A stretch of DNA of 64,000 nt from a virus. Its lineage: Duplodnaviria; Heunggongvirae; Uroviricota; Caudoviricetes. Under the pieces are notes generated by a model. That model was not told the origin of the DNA. It saw only the letters and a program-made list of their open reading frames with translations, and searched no databases. Shown here piece after piece: positions 1 to 9,393 of this stretch. The position numbers and the translations under genes are program-made. Location: the IMG/VR virus record IMGVR_UViG_3300037307_000441; one strand, given 5' to 3'. Position 1 is the stretch's first letter. The number at the start of each line of letters is the position of its first letter.

Positions 1-43
1 GGATTCAAATACCCTCAAATGTTTCATGTAATTATATATTAAA

Positions 44-277
44 TCACACACTCCATTTTCCTTTCGGACAGGCTTCTCGTCCTTTAGGACTATAAATTTT
101 CTTTTGAAGAGGACACCCACAGGCACCACAATAATAGAAATCAGCTATTCCATTTTCAGTTTTTTTCCTATGTTCACATCCATTGCAAATTTCAATTCTT
201 TGATTTGCAATTTCTTCTTGTTTTGGTGTCGGATTCATTGAGATTATCCATGATTTAGCTATTTCTACAAAGTCCAT
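44..277 (-). CDS. hypothetical Cys-rich (CxxC...CxxC) zinc-ribbon protein
   Basis: 77-aa ORF with CNGCEH...CGACGC cysteine pairs; family not recognised. Confidence 0.4.
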   Translation of the reverse strand: MDFVEIAKSWIISMNPTPKQEEIANQRIEICNGCEHRKKTENGIADFYYCGACGCPLQKKIYSPKGREACPKGKWSV

Positions 278-389
278 AAGTTTCTATTTTTTATTTTTAT
301 ATATAATCTTCTTAAAAATGTTGTTAAACAAAATGGTTAGAAGTAAATATAAATTAAACTTCGTCGAATCTTTATTAAAATAAAATCAT

Positions 390-824
390 ATGAACAAATC
401 AGAAATTCAAATCGGTAATTACATTAATTACGAACAAACTACGCACCAAGTTGATGAGTTACATTCAGACAAAGTTATTCATCATTGGTTAAAATCCGGA
501 TCAGATGGATATGTTACATCTTATGAACAAATATCTCCAATTGAGATATCAGATGAAGAACTAACAAAATTTGGATTCGAAAGATTTAAGAAAAAAGATT
601 CGCTGGTTAGTTCAGAATTATTGGACTATTGGGAAAAAAGATATGGGGAAGTTGATGAAATAGGAGTGCGACCAGCATTCATAATATGGACTGATAGAAA
701 GGTAAGTTATTTTTCAATGAAGAGTTTAAATAAACATACAGATAAAAAGTTTAAATATGTGCATGAATTACAACAACTATTTAAACTACACTCCGATAGA
801 GATTTAGTATATGAAGATAAATAA
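390..824 (+). CDS. hypothetical protein
   Basis: 144-aa ATG-started ORF; no recognisable motifs. Confidence 0.4.
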   Translation: MNKSEIQIGNYINYEQTTHQVDELHSDKVIHHWLKSGSDGYVTSYEQISPIEISDEELTKFGFERFKKKDSLVSSELLDYWEKRYGEVDEIGVRPAFIIWTDRKVSYFSMKSLNKHTDKKFKYVHELQQLFKLHSDRDLVYEDK

Positions 825-1506
825 TTATTTTGATAAAATATATGTTCTTAACCTACACAAAAGAACTGATAGGTGGATCGATATTGAAAGAAGGCTAAAA
901 AGATTTGGAATCGAATTTGAAAGATTTGGTGCAACGGATGGGTCCGTCATCAAGCCAATATGGGAAAAATTTCAAAATCAATATTTTACAACACCAAATT
1001 ATTTGGCCTGTGCCATATCTCACTTATCAATATATAAAGATGCTGTTAGTAAAAACTATTCTAGAATTTTAATTATTGAAGATGATGTTTTAATTAATCA
1101 GAATGTTCATCAAATTTTTGATAACACCGAAATTCCAGAATGGGAAGATATTTTTTATATGGGTTATATACCATTATCAGATGATTTAAGTATGTGGACC
1201 TATCAAATTGTAAATGAATATATTTCTGAAAAAATATTCAGGCCGAAAAATCTATGGGGATTATATGCCTATGGGCTAACAAATAATATGATGAAAGAAC
1301 TTTTGGAAGTTTACGATAATCACTTCCCAATGGAAATAGATAGGTATCTTGTTGATCATATACAACCTAGAAAAAAATCAATTGGAATATCCCCGCAATT
1401 ATTTTCTTGTCAAGATATCTATTCAGATAACATGAATGACTTTCAAGTAAATATGTTACAAAGGTCGGTGGATTCAAGATTCGCATTATTAAGTGATTAT
1501 GTATAA
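811..1506 (+). CDS. glycosyltransferase family 25-like (LPS/galactosyltransferase-type)
   Basis: N-terminal IYVLNLHKRTDRW...FERFGATDGS matches the GT25 'IYVINLxxSxDRR...F..AVDG' signature; DD motif downstream. Confidence 0.6.
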   Translation: MKINNYFDKIYVLNLHKRTDRWIDIERRLKRFGIEFERFGATDGSVIKPIWEKFQNQYFTTPNYLACAISHLSIYKDAVSKNYSRILIIEDDVLINQNVHQIFDNTEIPEWEDIFYMGYIPLSDDLSMWTYQIVNEYISEKIFRPKNLWGLYAYGLTNNMMKELLEVYDNHFPMEIDRYLVDHIQPRKKSIGISPQLFSCQDIYSDNMNDFQVNMLQRSVDSRFALLSDYV

Positions 1507-1840
1507 TATAATATTTGGTATTATTTTTGGGATAATAGCGCAAGTTGGAACATTTCTTCAGCTTCAAGGAAATATAAAATATGGATGGTTTGATAAATAC
1601 CCTATTATAATTTTATTAAGTAGCATACCTATTGGATATTTTTATATTAAATCAGTTCAACATTTTGTTATTGGGTTTAGTGGAGAATTGTGGCCAAGTA
1701 GATTAATAGGATTCGTTGTTGGTATTTTTGTTTTTAGTATAATGAGTATAACATTATTTAAAGAGCCAATAACTCTTAAGACCGTTATTTGTTTATTCTT
1801 AGCTATAATAATTTTATTAATTCAATTATTTATGAAATAA
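1499..1840 (+). CDS. small integral membrane protein (3-4 TM helices)
   Basis: hydrophobic segments IIFGIIFGIIAQVG, IIILLSSIPIGYFYI, FVVGIFVFSIMSI; track ORF begins at GTG 1493, first ATG at 1499. Confidence 0.4.
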   Translation: MYNIIFGIIFGIIAQVGTFLQLQGNIKYGWFDKYPIIILLSSIPIGYFYIKSVQHFVIGFSGELWPSRLIGFVVGIFVFSIMSITLFKEPITLKTVICLFLAIIILLIQLFMK

Positions 1841-1883
1841 ACAAATTATTTAATTTTTTATATAAATAAAAAAATATTATAAA

Positions 1884-2306
1884 ATGATACAAAGCGGCAG
1901 TAAAGTAAAGTTAAACTATACCGGAAAATTAGAAAATGGAGAAATATTTGATACTTCTATGGGAGAAGGAAGAAATCCATTAGAATTTACGGTTGGTGCT
2001 GGACAACTAATCAAGGGTTTTGAAGATGGAATCATGGGACTTTCTGTAGGTGATAAAAAGACAATTCATATGACACCAGAAATAGCATATGGATCAGTTA
2101 AAGAAGACCTACTTTTTGAAGTTCCTAAACAAAATTGTCCAGAAGGAGTTTCAGTAGGAAATACACTACAAACAGTTTTACAAACCGGTGCTTTAGCTAC
2201 ATTTACTGTGACTGAGGTAAAAAATGATACCGTCGTAATCGATGGAAATCATCCACTGGCTGGGAAAAATTTAATATTTGATGTAGAAATATTAGAAATC
2301 CATTAA
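1884..2306 (+). CDS. FKBP-type peptidyl-prolyl cis-trans isomerase (SlyD/FkpB-like)
   Basis: VKLNYTGKLENGEIFDTS...PLEFTVGAGQLIKGFEDGIMGLSVGDKKTIHMTPEIAYG is the canonical FKBP domain pattern. Confidence 0.75.
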   Translation: MIQSGSKVKLNYTGKLENGEIFDTSMGEGRNPLEFTVGAGQLIKGFEDGIMGLSVGDKKTIHMTPEIAYGSVKEDLLFEVPKQNCPEGVSVGNTLQTVLQTGALATFTVTEVKNDTVVIDGNHPLAGKNLIFDVEILEIH

Positions 2307-2326
2307 TTCAAGAAAAAAACATAAAA

Positions 2327-2360
2327 AATCCTCCCTTTTGATAAGTGGAGGATTTTTTTT
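2327..2360 (+). terminator. rho-independent terminator
   Basis: AATCCTCC-loop-GGAGGATT stem followed by an 8-T run, directly after the FKBP gene. Confidence 0.6.
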
Positions 2361-2398
2361 ATATATAAAAACTCACAAAAAAAAAATAAAAAGTGCTT

Positions 2399-2875
2399 AT
2401 GAAAAAAATTATTTTAACATTACTACTATCACTTTTTTTCTATTTAGGTTACACTCAATCTTCTTATGATGTAGATTCAGTTAAAGAAAAAAATGAAAAT
2501 TTATGGTCGTTCATGACAGATTGGTTGGGTACAAGATACAAATTTGGCGGAATGACTAAAAGTGGTATTGATTGTTCTGGATTCACAAAAATGCTATATA
2601 GGTATGTCTATAAGGTTGAAATACCAAGAACAGCTCAACTACAATATAAGGCTTCAAATGCAAAAAAAGATAAAAGTGATTTAGAAATGGGAGATTTAGT
2701 TTTCTTTAGAACAAAATCATCTCCAACAACATGGCACGTTGGAGTTTATTTAGAAGATGGATATTTTATACATTCTGGAAGTAGAAGAACAGGTGTTACA
2801 ATAAGTAATTTAGAAAGTCCATCCTATACACGAAGTTATTTTGGAAATGGTAGATTCAGTAAAGATTCTATTTAA
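2399..2875 (+). CDS. secreted NlpC/P60-family peptidoglycan peptidase
   Basis: signal peptide; GGMTKSGIDCSGF (catalytic Cys) and WHVGVYL...H motifs typical of NlpC/P60 (C40); track ORF starts GTG 2393, first ATG 2399. Confidence 0.7.
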   Translation: MKKIILTLLLSLFFYLGYTQSSYDVDSVKEKNENLWSFMTDWLGTRYKFGGMTKSGIDCSGFTKMLYRYVYKVEIPRTAQLQYKASNAKKDKSDLEMGDLVFFRTKSSPTTWHVGVYLEDGYFIHSGSRRTGVTISNLESPSYTRSYFGNGRFSKDSI

Positions 2876-2880
2876 AAATT

Positions 2881-2907
2881 AAACCTCAATTTTTGAGGTT
2901 TTTTTAT
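2881..2907 (+). terminator. rho-independent terminator
   Basis: AAACCTCAA/TTGAGGTTT hairpin plus T-run after the NlpC/P60 gene. Confidence 0.55.
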
Positions 2908-2922
2908 TTCAAATAAATTTAT

Positions 2923-2930
2923 TATCTTTG
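2923..2930 (+). promoter_or_regulatory. Bacteroidetes-type -7 promoter box TATCTTTG
   Basis: TAnnTTTG motif 17 nt upstream of ATG 2948. Confidence 0.4.
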
Positions 2931-2947
2931 TGTAAATTTAATTAGAT

Positions 2948-3457
2948 ATGATAAAATATAGGCAATTTTTTAAATATTTATTATTCACTATTCATCTACT
3001 ATTCCCTATTATATTTACAAAATTGAGTACTGATAAGGGATTCCATTTTGTATTCTTTGTTACACTTATCATTTTATATTTCGCTTATAGTATAATTTTA
3101 CTTGTTGGGTATAATAAGTTTACTTTCAGAAACTATCTTTTGAAACCTAAATTACCCAAAAGAGTTGTTCATGAATCAGGAGAATATTTCATAAAGTATT
3201 TTATAAATGAAAAAAAATATGTAATATACAAGGATAATATATTTAACTTAGAAATGCTTTTTGAACTCGATAATTGGAGGGTTGAAGATTCTAAGACTTT
3301 ACAAAAAGAAGTTAAATCTAAATTAGATGAAATTTATCATGAAAAAATGGCAAAATTAAATTCTATTAACAAACGATTAAAAATTTTAGAAGAATGGGAT
3401 GGATATACTTCAATTCAAAATAAAAGAGACGACAAAATTAAACAAGTGATAAATTAA
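2948..3457 (+). CDS. hypothetical membrane protein
   Basis: 169 aa; two N-terminal hydrophobic helices then a charged coiled region. Confidence 0.4.
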   Translation: MIKYRQFFKYLLFTIHLLFPIIFTKLSTDKGFHFVFFVTLIILYFAYSIILLVGYNKFTFRNYLLKPKLPKRVVHESGEYFIKYFINEKKYVIYKDNIFNLEMLFELDNWRVEDSKTLQKEVKSKLDEIYHEKMAKLNSINKRLKILEEWDGYTSIQNKRDDKIKQVIN

Positions 3458-3467
3458 TTTTTTTTTT

Positions 3468-3779
3468 ATGGATGATGATAGGTTTAATTTGGGAACAAGA
3501 GTAGTTTGTATAAAACCTTATGAAAAATTAAAAATAGGGGGATGTTATTCCATTGGCGGGTGTGGAAATTTAGAATGGAATATGGATAATCGTAGAAAGG
3601 AAAATAAAACTGGATACGGATTTTCGGTCAAATATGAAGATTATGACTGGAAAACTAAAAAGACGGATAGTGAGTTTTATTATTTTACTTATGAAGAAAT
3701 GTCTGAATATTTTATAACAGAAAATGAAGCTTATGATGCTTATATGAGAGATCGTAAAATAGAAGAAATTATAAGATGA
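3468..3779 (+). CDS. hypothetical protein
   Basis: 103-aa ORF. Confidence 0.4.
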   Translation: MDDDRFNLGTRVVCIKPYEKLKIGGCYSIGGCGNLEWNMDNRRKENKTGYGFSVKYEDYDWKTKKTDSEFYYFTYEEMSEYFITENEAYDAYMRDRKIEEIIR

Positions 3780-4359
3780 AAATTTTAACTATTGATTCTG
3801 ATTCTTTGTAATATTCAGACATTTCTATATAAACTGCATTACTTCCTATACCAAGTAGCTTAGATATTCTATTAACTTTATCTTTAACCATAGATACCAT
3901 CTTAATATATTCATCAAAAGAAACCTCTTTCTTAATATCTATTTCTAATTTATCTTCGAGTCTTAAACAAAAATCTACCATATATCCATCATCAATAAAA
4001 TCAATAAATATATCTTCATAAGTTGAAAAACCAACTTTACCAAGATAAGGTTTAATCTCACTATAAATACTAATTATTTCATCTTTAATTTTTTTATCCC
4101 TGAGTGCAATATTATATATTTCTTTTATATAAGATTGTGTTTGAGTATATTCCTCTTTATTTGTGATACAAGTTTCATCTGATGAAAAACTAACCTTACC
4201 TCGTAAATACACATTTATTAGTCTATCAACTTTTTGTGCAATAATTTTAGCATCCTCATCATCAAGTACTGTACAATTTCTAAAATAAATTATATCTACA
4301 ATCATTTCATGAGATAATTCAAGATTTGATTCATTATATGATTTCCATGTTTTAATCAT
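3769..4359 (-). CDS. hypothetical protein
   Basis: 196-aa ORF, N-terminus MIKTWKSYNE resembles the recurrent N-terminal motif of other ORFs. Confidence 0.4.
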   Translation of the reverse strand: MIKTWKSYNESNLELSHEMIVDIIYFRNCTVLDDEDAKIIAQKVDRLINVYLRGKVSFSSDETCITNKEEYTQTQSYIKEIYNIALRDKKIKDEIISIYSEIKPYLGKVGFSTYEDIFIDFIDDGYMVDFCLRLEDKLEIDIKKEVSFDEYIKMVSMVKDKVNRISKLLGIGSNAVYIEMSEYYKESESIVKIFIL

Positions 4360-4428
4360 AAATTATATATTATTTTTTAAGAGAGTATTATTTTTTGATA
4401 TATAGACATAAATAAACTACAATAAGTT

Positions 4429-5331
4429 ATGTCAAGTATTTATCCATATATATCAAATAGAATTTGTAAAGAATGTGGTGGTCAAATTACTATAAAACAA
4501 AAAAGGGATATTGATAATGAATATTGTTCTCGTGAGTGTTATAATAAATTTAGAAGAGTTACTAGACCAATCAAAATAAATTTAAAATCAGGAAACATTT
4601 GTTTAAGATGTAAAAAGACATTTGTTCCCACTAGAAATACATTAGGTATGTATTGTTCTTATGCTTGTTCCAATGGCGCCAAAGAAGTATCATATAAAGT
4701 TAATTGCAAATGTTGTGGTAAGGAATTTATTGTTAAAAACATAGCAGAACTAAAAAGAGGACATTATCAATATTGTTCTAACGAATGTAGGAAAAGAAAG
4801 TATAATATAAACGAATCTTTTTTTGATAATATAAATTCTGATTCAGTATATTGGATGGGTGTTATATGGTCTACAATAAAATCTAATAAATACAATAAAA
4901 TAAATTTATTATCTTCTAAAAAGGAAATATTAGAAGAGTTTAATAAAGCTTTAAATAGTAATTACCCTATTAAAAACTCTAGTAACTCTGCATTTATTTT
5001 AAGAATAACATCCCTTAAATTAATTGAATCATTATCTAAATATGGAATGAGATGTGATTTATATCAAGAATTTCCAGATATACCGAAAAATTATATTAAA
5101 GATTTCATAAGAGGATATTTTGATACCGAAAATGGCTTTTTATTTAAAGACAATAATAAAACAGTCGTTTCGGTGAGAGGAAAAAGTTCAAAGTTAATGA
5201 GATATATGTCTGAATACTTAAATGCTAAATTGGTTCCTGATAAAGGTGAGTGGGTCTTAGTATCTTTCAATTTTAAGGATAAAATTGATGGCGCTCCAAG
5301 GTTGGAAAGTAAATGGGAAAAGATCAATTAA
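4429..5331 (+). CDS. triple CxxC zinc-ribbon protein with LAGLIDADG-like C-terminal region (possible homing-endonuclease relative)
   Basis: three ~40-aa repeats, each CxxC...YCSxxC; C-terminal FIRGYFDTENGF resembles a LAGLIDADG motif; ACATAAATAAACTAC motif 8 nt upstream. Confidence 0.4.
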   Translation: MSSIYPYISNRICKECGGQITIKQKRDIDNEYCSRECYNKFRRVTRPIKINLKSGNICLRCKKTFVPTRNTLGMYCSYACSNGAKEVSYKVNCKCCGKEFIVKNIAELKRGHYQYCSNECRKRKYNINESFFDNINSDSVYWMGVIWSTIKSNKYNKINLLSSKKEILEEFNKALNSNYPIKNSSNSAFILRITSLKLIESLSKYGMRCDLYQEFPDIPKNYIKDFIRGYFDTENGFLFKDNNKTVVSVRGKSSKLMRYMSEYLNAKLVPDKGEWVLVSFNFKDKIDGAPRLESKWEKIN

Positions 5332-5386
5332 ATTTTCAAAATTAAAAGGTTTAAAAAGTAAAAATATGTTTTAATATATATATGAT

Positions 5387-5941
5387 ATGGAATTACTACA
5401 AATAAATCCAAATGTATTTAACGCTTTAATATATTTAGGTATAGGAATAATAATATTTTTAATCATACTTGTAATCTTTTTTGTTAGACAGCAGAAAAGA
5501 TTACAAAAGATTATCGAGGGTCAACCAATAAGAACAATTAGAATGGTTGAAAAAAAAGACCCCAAAAATTCATATAATACTCCGCCATTAGGTAGAATAA
5601 ATTGGTGGCAAGAAATAATATTAACTTTTAGTAACAAGAAGTCGCTATTTTCATCCAAAAAAATAGAAAGATCTGTTGTTTTTATAACATTTTTAGTAAT
5701 AACTATAGTATATTTGGCTAAGAATATACACGAATTAGAAGGATTGGAATTCATAGAAATCGTCGCATTATGGTTAATGTATGGCGGATATAATTCATTA
5801 ATGAATTTAAGGGAGAGAAGAACTTTAGGTGGATTTAATAATTTTAATGATGGATTTAATCCGAATGCCAAATTTGATCCAAATCCAAACGAAGAAATGG
5901 GTGAAATAGATACTCCTTTAGATCCAAATTTACCAAAATAA
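5387..5941 (+). CDS. hypothetical membrane protein
   Basis: TM helices (LIYLGIGIIIFLIILVIFFV; VVFITFLVITIVYLA), N/P/D-rich C-terminus; antisense ORF 5521..5961 judged spurious. Confidence 0.45.
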   Translation: MELLQINPNVFNALIYLGIGIIIFLIILVIFFVRQQKRLQKIIEGQPIRTIRMVEKKDPKNSYNTPPLGRINWWQEIILTFSNKKSLFSSKKIERSVVFITFLVITIVYLAKNIHELEGLEFIEIVALWLMYGGYNSLMNLRERRTLGGFNNFNDGFNPNAKFDPNPNEEMGEIDTPLDPNLPK

Positions 5942-5987
5942 ACAAATAGACATTTTTTCAATATAAATAACGATTAAATATATTTAT

Positions 5988-6080
5988 ATGAAAAAAGAAA
6001 ACATTAAAATAGCAATTGTAGTTCTTTTATTTTTTTCAAGTATAGTTTTAATTTCATTAATTTTAAATGATGTAATATGA
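5988..6080 (+). CDS. small hydrophobic peptide (30 aa, MKKENIKIAIVVLLFFSSIVLISLILNDVI)
   Basis: read manually; single TM helix; below ORF-track threshold. Confidence 0.25.
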   Translation: MKKENIKIAIVVLLFFSSIVLISLILNDVI

Positions 6081-6104
6081 TAAATAATTTAGAATATATA
6101 CTAT

Positions 6105-6200
6105 ATGAAAAAGATAATTAATTTCATTTTTGTGGTATTCTTAGTTTATTTACTTTATAAGAGTGATTATTATTTTTTATCTGAAATTTATCTAAAATGA
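6105..6200 (+). CDS. small hydrophobic peptide (31 aa, MKKIINFIFVVFLVYLLYKSDYY...)
   Basis: read manually; its stop TGA overlaps the ATG of the 6197 gene (ATGA coupling). Confidence 0.3.
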   Translation: MKKIINFIFVVFLVYLLYKSDYYFLSEIYLK

Positions 6201-6487
6201 AAGAGTATATACTATGTTCTGCAATATGGTATCAAGACTACGAATTATATACTGATCAACCTACAAATATAGAAAGTGGATTTGTTGTTTGTGGAAGAAG
6301 ACATCATAATATTATAAACACATTAGGGCAAAAATTTTTCTTTAGAACAGCTGGACATAAGCATATACAAGGTTTTATTACAAATTTAAATAGGTTTGTT
6401 GATAGAAAAGAAGCAGCAGAAATAGCATATAATTCTGGTCAAACTATGAGTAAAAAGAAAGAATTGTATAGTGAGGATTTATATTAA
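6197..6487 (+). CDS. hypothetical protein
   Basis: 96-aa ORF. Confidence 0.45.
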   Translation: MKEYILCSAIWYQDYELYTDQPTNIESGFVVCGRRHHNIINTLGQKFFFRTAGHKHIQGFITNLNRFVDRKEAAEIAYNSGQTMSKKKELYSEDLY

Positions 6488-8331
6488 TCTTCATATACAT
6501 AAGTAAGATCTTCTAATTGATCCAATCTATTCGAAACACTTCGGTATCTAGCATCTACTGCTGATTTTAGGTTTGGATCTGATTCTATCTCATCATCAAA
6601 TAATGTTGATTGATTTTTATTGATGATAGAGGACGCTTTAGATTTTAAAATCTTAAATAGATTTCTCGTCTTATATAATTTGGTATCATAAGAAATCATA
6701 TCAACAATTTTAGTTGATTTTTTGTCTATTCTAACTCCGAGTATATAAGCATCAAGCTCAGTTAAATAATCAATATCATACTCATCTGATAATAACTCAA
6801 ATACATCAATAGATAAATTATCTGGTATCCATTTATTATCACTATATTTAACCAAGCAATCATCTAATATGCCACTAACTGATTCCATTTCATATTGGTT
6901 TATTTGGCATAATTTTTTATACCATATTTCATCGTCATAATTCATAATTCCTAGATAGTTATTATCATTATCATAGACTGAACCAGTTTCTATACTTAAA
7001 TTTTTCCTAATGATTCTAATTACATTAATTGAATCTTCTTCTAAAATATCATATCCATATACTGATGAGAAAATAGAATCATCAGCGTGTATATGATCCC
7101 CAACATATTCATCATATAAAACTTCATCGTGGTCTCTCGGCCACCATCCTCTATGTCTGCGATATCCTCTATTTATTTCAACTGATTGATTAATGTCTAA
7201 ATATGAATCCATCGGAACTGACCATACAGCGGAATCTTCATCTATGTATTCACCATAGTATTCAGACCATTTACCTCCTTGTATTTCAATATATCCCCCA
7301 CCTGTATCCTCTAGAATATAATGACCAGCATAATCGGATTCTTGGTTTGAATCATTATATAGTATGCCAAGATCTGGATCATATCTTCTAAAGGTATCTA
7401 AATATGGATACTTTTTATATCTAAATGATTTTTTATCCTCATCAGCGTGCTTTAATTTAATATTCATTCTGATAGATTTATTCACACCTTTATAAGTAAC
7501 CTCACTTAAATCACTATTATTGTTATATGTTTTATATGCCCAATCATTTTCTTCAGCGTATTTTCTAAATTTAATTACATCACTATCATTTATTGTATAT
7601 TGTCTATCTAAAAAATAAGTAAAATCTAAATTATTTGAACTATTTGAAACCTTCCAAACCAATGCCCTTCCTTTTAATTTATCATTTTCTATTAGAATAA
7701 GCATTCGACAAACTTCAGGATTTTTAGTATAAATATCAAAATATCCAGTTCCTGATTTTCCCCTCATACAAGAATTTCCCAAAGTCCCAGATATTTCATA
7801 ATATCGATTATGGTCATACCAATAATCTATATCATTTCCTTCAACTACTAAAAATCTTTCTTTTGAATTTTCAATAGAAGCTTTAAATTTATTAACAAAT
7901 TCTTCGATGTCTTTATCTTTATATTTATCCGGAAATAGTTTATTAACCAATTTCCCAACTTTAATTAGATTCCTAGATTTTGATGAAATACCATCAGGAT
8001 CATTATCACAAGCACCCCAAACTAACTCAGCTAGCCTTTTATTTGGTTTATCTCTTAATATCGGAGCTATCGAACCTTCTGGCCATTTAGTATCTATAAC
8101 CTTTAACGCATTAGCGGTTGTTATAAAAGATAAATATCCTTCTTTATCCAAATCTATAAAAGTAGTGTCTGGTTTAACTTCAGTGGCCTCTGCGTTGATA
8201 AGTTCTTGTGCAATTTCTGAATCTTTAATGTTCGTCAATACTTTTTTTAAATCCGGAGAATAATATAATATAGCCTCATTTATATGGTCTAAAATTAAAT
8301 TTTCTAAAAAACTATCATATCTTAAAATCAT
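6484..8331 (-). CDS. large hypothetical protein (615 aa) with a ~170-aa domain shared with the 32306..33367 product
   Basis: LGNSCMRGKSGTGYFDIYTKNPEVCRMLILIENDKLKGRALVWKV aligns with LHKSCMSNLFEAMGIYTKNPEQVKLAVIKFDGKIGARSLVWKT; further matches downstream. Confidence 0.55.
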   Translation of the reverse strand: MILRYDSFLENLILDHINEAILYYSPDLKKVLTNIKDSEIAQELINAEATEVKPDTTFIDLDKEGYLSFITTANALKVIDTKWPEGSIAPILRDKPNKRLAELVWGACDNDPDGISSKSRNLIKVGKLVNKLFPDKYKDKDIEEFVNKFKASIENSKERFLVVEGNDIDYWYDHNRYYEISGTLGNSCMRGKSGTGYFDIYTKNPEVCRMLILIENDKLKGRALVWKVSNSSNNLDFTYFLDRQYTINDSDVIKFRKYAEENDWAYKTYNNNSDLSEVTYKGVNKSIRMNIKLKHADEDKKSFRYKKYPYLDTFRRYDPDLGILYNDSNQESDYAGHYILEDTGGGYIEIQGGKWSEYYGEYIDEDSAVWSVPMDSYLDINQSVEINRGYRRHRGWWPRDHDEVLYDEYVGDHIHADDSIFSSVYGYDILEEDSINVIRIIRKNLSIETGSVYDNDNNYLGIMNYDDEIWYKKLCQINQYEMESVSGILDDCLVKYSDNKWIPDNLSIDVFELLSDEYDIDYLTELDAYILGVRIDKKSTKIVDMISYDTKLYKTRNLFKILKSKASSIINKNQSTLFDDEIESDPNLKSAVDARYRSVSNRLDQLEDLTYVYED

Positions 8332-8379
8332 AAAACTATATATTAAATTTAATGGAAGTAATTTATAAAAATATTTACT

Positions 8380-8387
8380 TATCTTTG
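8380..8387 (+). promoter_or_regulatory. -7 promoter box TATCTTTG
   Basis: TAnnTTTG 20 nt upstream of ATG 8408. Confidence 0.35.
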
Positions 8388-8407
8388 AAGAAAATAAACA
8401 AATTATT

Positions 8408-8743
8408 ATGAAATTGAGATTCTACAATAGAGATGGTAGATGGTTTGCAGATGTTCCTGGTTGGATTGAGTCAGGAGGTACTGAGGATGATTGTGAGATG
8501 GTTAGTGGAGCGGATTTGTGGTTAGATCATCTTTCAAATGGAGATAATATTTTTTTAGAATTGTCAGAGGAAAAACATCTGAAAGAAAAATTAGAAAAGA
8601 TAGAAGAAGATGAATTTGGGGCCACATATTTAGCAGAAACCTACAAAGGCTTGTTTTTCGAGCACAAAATGTGGTTATGTCCAGTTACCAAATTTTTATT
8701 TGATAAATATCCAAATACAATATATTATGAAATTAGAAAATAA
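8408..8743 (+). CDS. hypothetical protein
   Basis: 111-aa ORF. Confidence 0.45.
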   Translation: MKLRFYNRDGRWFADVPGWIESGGTEDDCEMVSGADLWLDHLSNGDNIFLELSEEKHLKEKLEKIEEDEFGATYLAETYKGLFFEHKMWLCPVTKFLFDKYPNTIYYEIRK

Positions 8744-9005
8744 TGAATATATAATCGACTTTGAAAGAGTTAATCATTTAACATTTCATCCCATTGATAA
8801 TACACCAGCACCAAATGCTTATGTGACTCCAACATCTTCTTATGGAATTAGCAAATCTATAATTAAAGAATATCTATCATTATATAATGAACATATCTTT
8901 AGAGGTAAGGTTATAAATCCATCTATAATTAAAACTTTGATATGGAATAAGATATTAATAAGCCAATCAGAGTTAAGGGATAAAAGGATAGACGATATAC
9001 TCTAA
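8727..9005 (+). CDS. hypothetical protein
   Basis: track ORF 8700..9005; first sensible ATG (MKLENNEY...) at 8727 overlapping upstream stop. Confidence 0.4.
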   Translation: MKLENNEYIIDFERVNHLTFHPIDNTPAPNAYVTPTSSYGISKSIIKEYLSLYNEHIFRGKVINPSIIKTLIWNKILISQSELRDKRIDDIL

Positions 9006-9016
9006 TATATAGTTAA

Positions 9017-9382
9017 ATGAAATTGCCTATAATAAAATATGGAGAATATTGGATATTAGGAAAGAGTATAATTGGTATCGCAATATTTCCTTTTATATTT
9101 TTAAAAAAGTCTTACTTCGAATCAATGTCATATCAAAAAGAAGAAAGATTGAGTAAAACTATTAATCACGAAAAAATACACATTAAACAACAGATAGAAT
9201 TATTGGTGATACCATTTTATATTTTATATTTTTTATTCTATTTTTTAAACCTTTTTAAAAAGGGCGATGCTTACAGAAATATACCCTTTGAGAAAGAGGC
9301 ATATGCTAATGAATATAACTATGAATATTTGGGAAAAAGGAAGTTATTTAGTTGGGTAAACTACATAAAAAAAGGAGATTGA
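9017..9382 (+). CDS. hypothetical membrane protein
   Basis: two hydrophobic helices (ILGKSIIGIAIFPFIFL; LLVIPFYILYFLFYFL). Confidence 0.4.
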   Translation: MKLPIIKYGEYWILGKSIIGIAIFPFIFLKKSYFESMSYQKEERLSKTINHEKIHIKQQIELLVIPFYILYFLFYFLNLFKKGDAYRNIPFEKEAYANEYNYEYLGKRKLFSWVNYIKKGD

Positions 9383-9390
9383 AATCTCCT
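9373..9390. terminator. hairpin between convergent genes (possible bidirectional terminator)
   Basis: AGGAGATT-GA-AATCTCCT perfect stem between + gene ending 9382 and - gene ending 9394. Confidence 0.35.
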
Positions 9391-9393
9391 TAG

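Noticed and set aside
5521-5961. 146-aa minus-strand ORF
   Set aside because: Antisense to a more protein-like + strand membrane-protein ORF (5387..5941); low-complexity translation.
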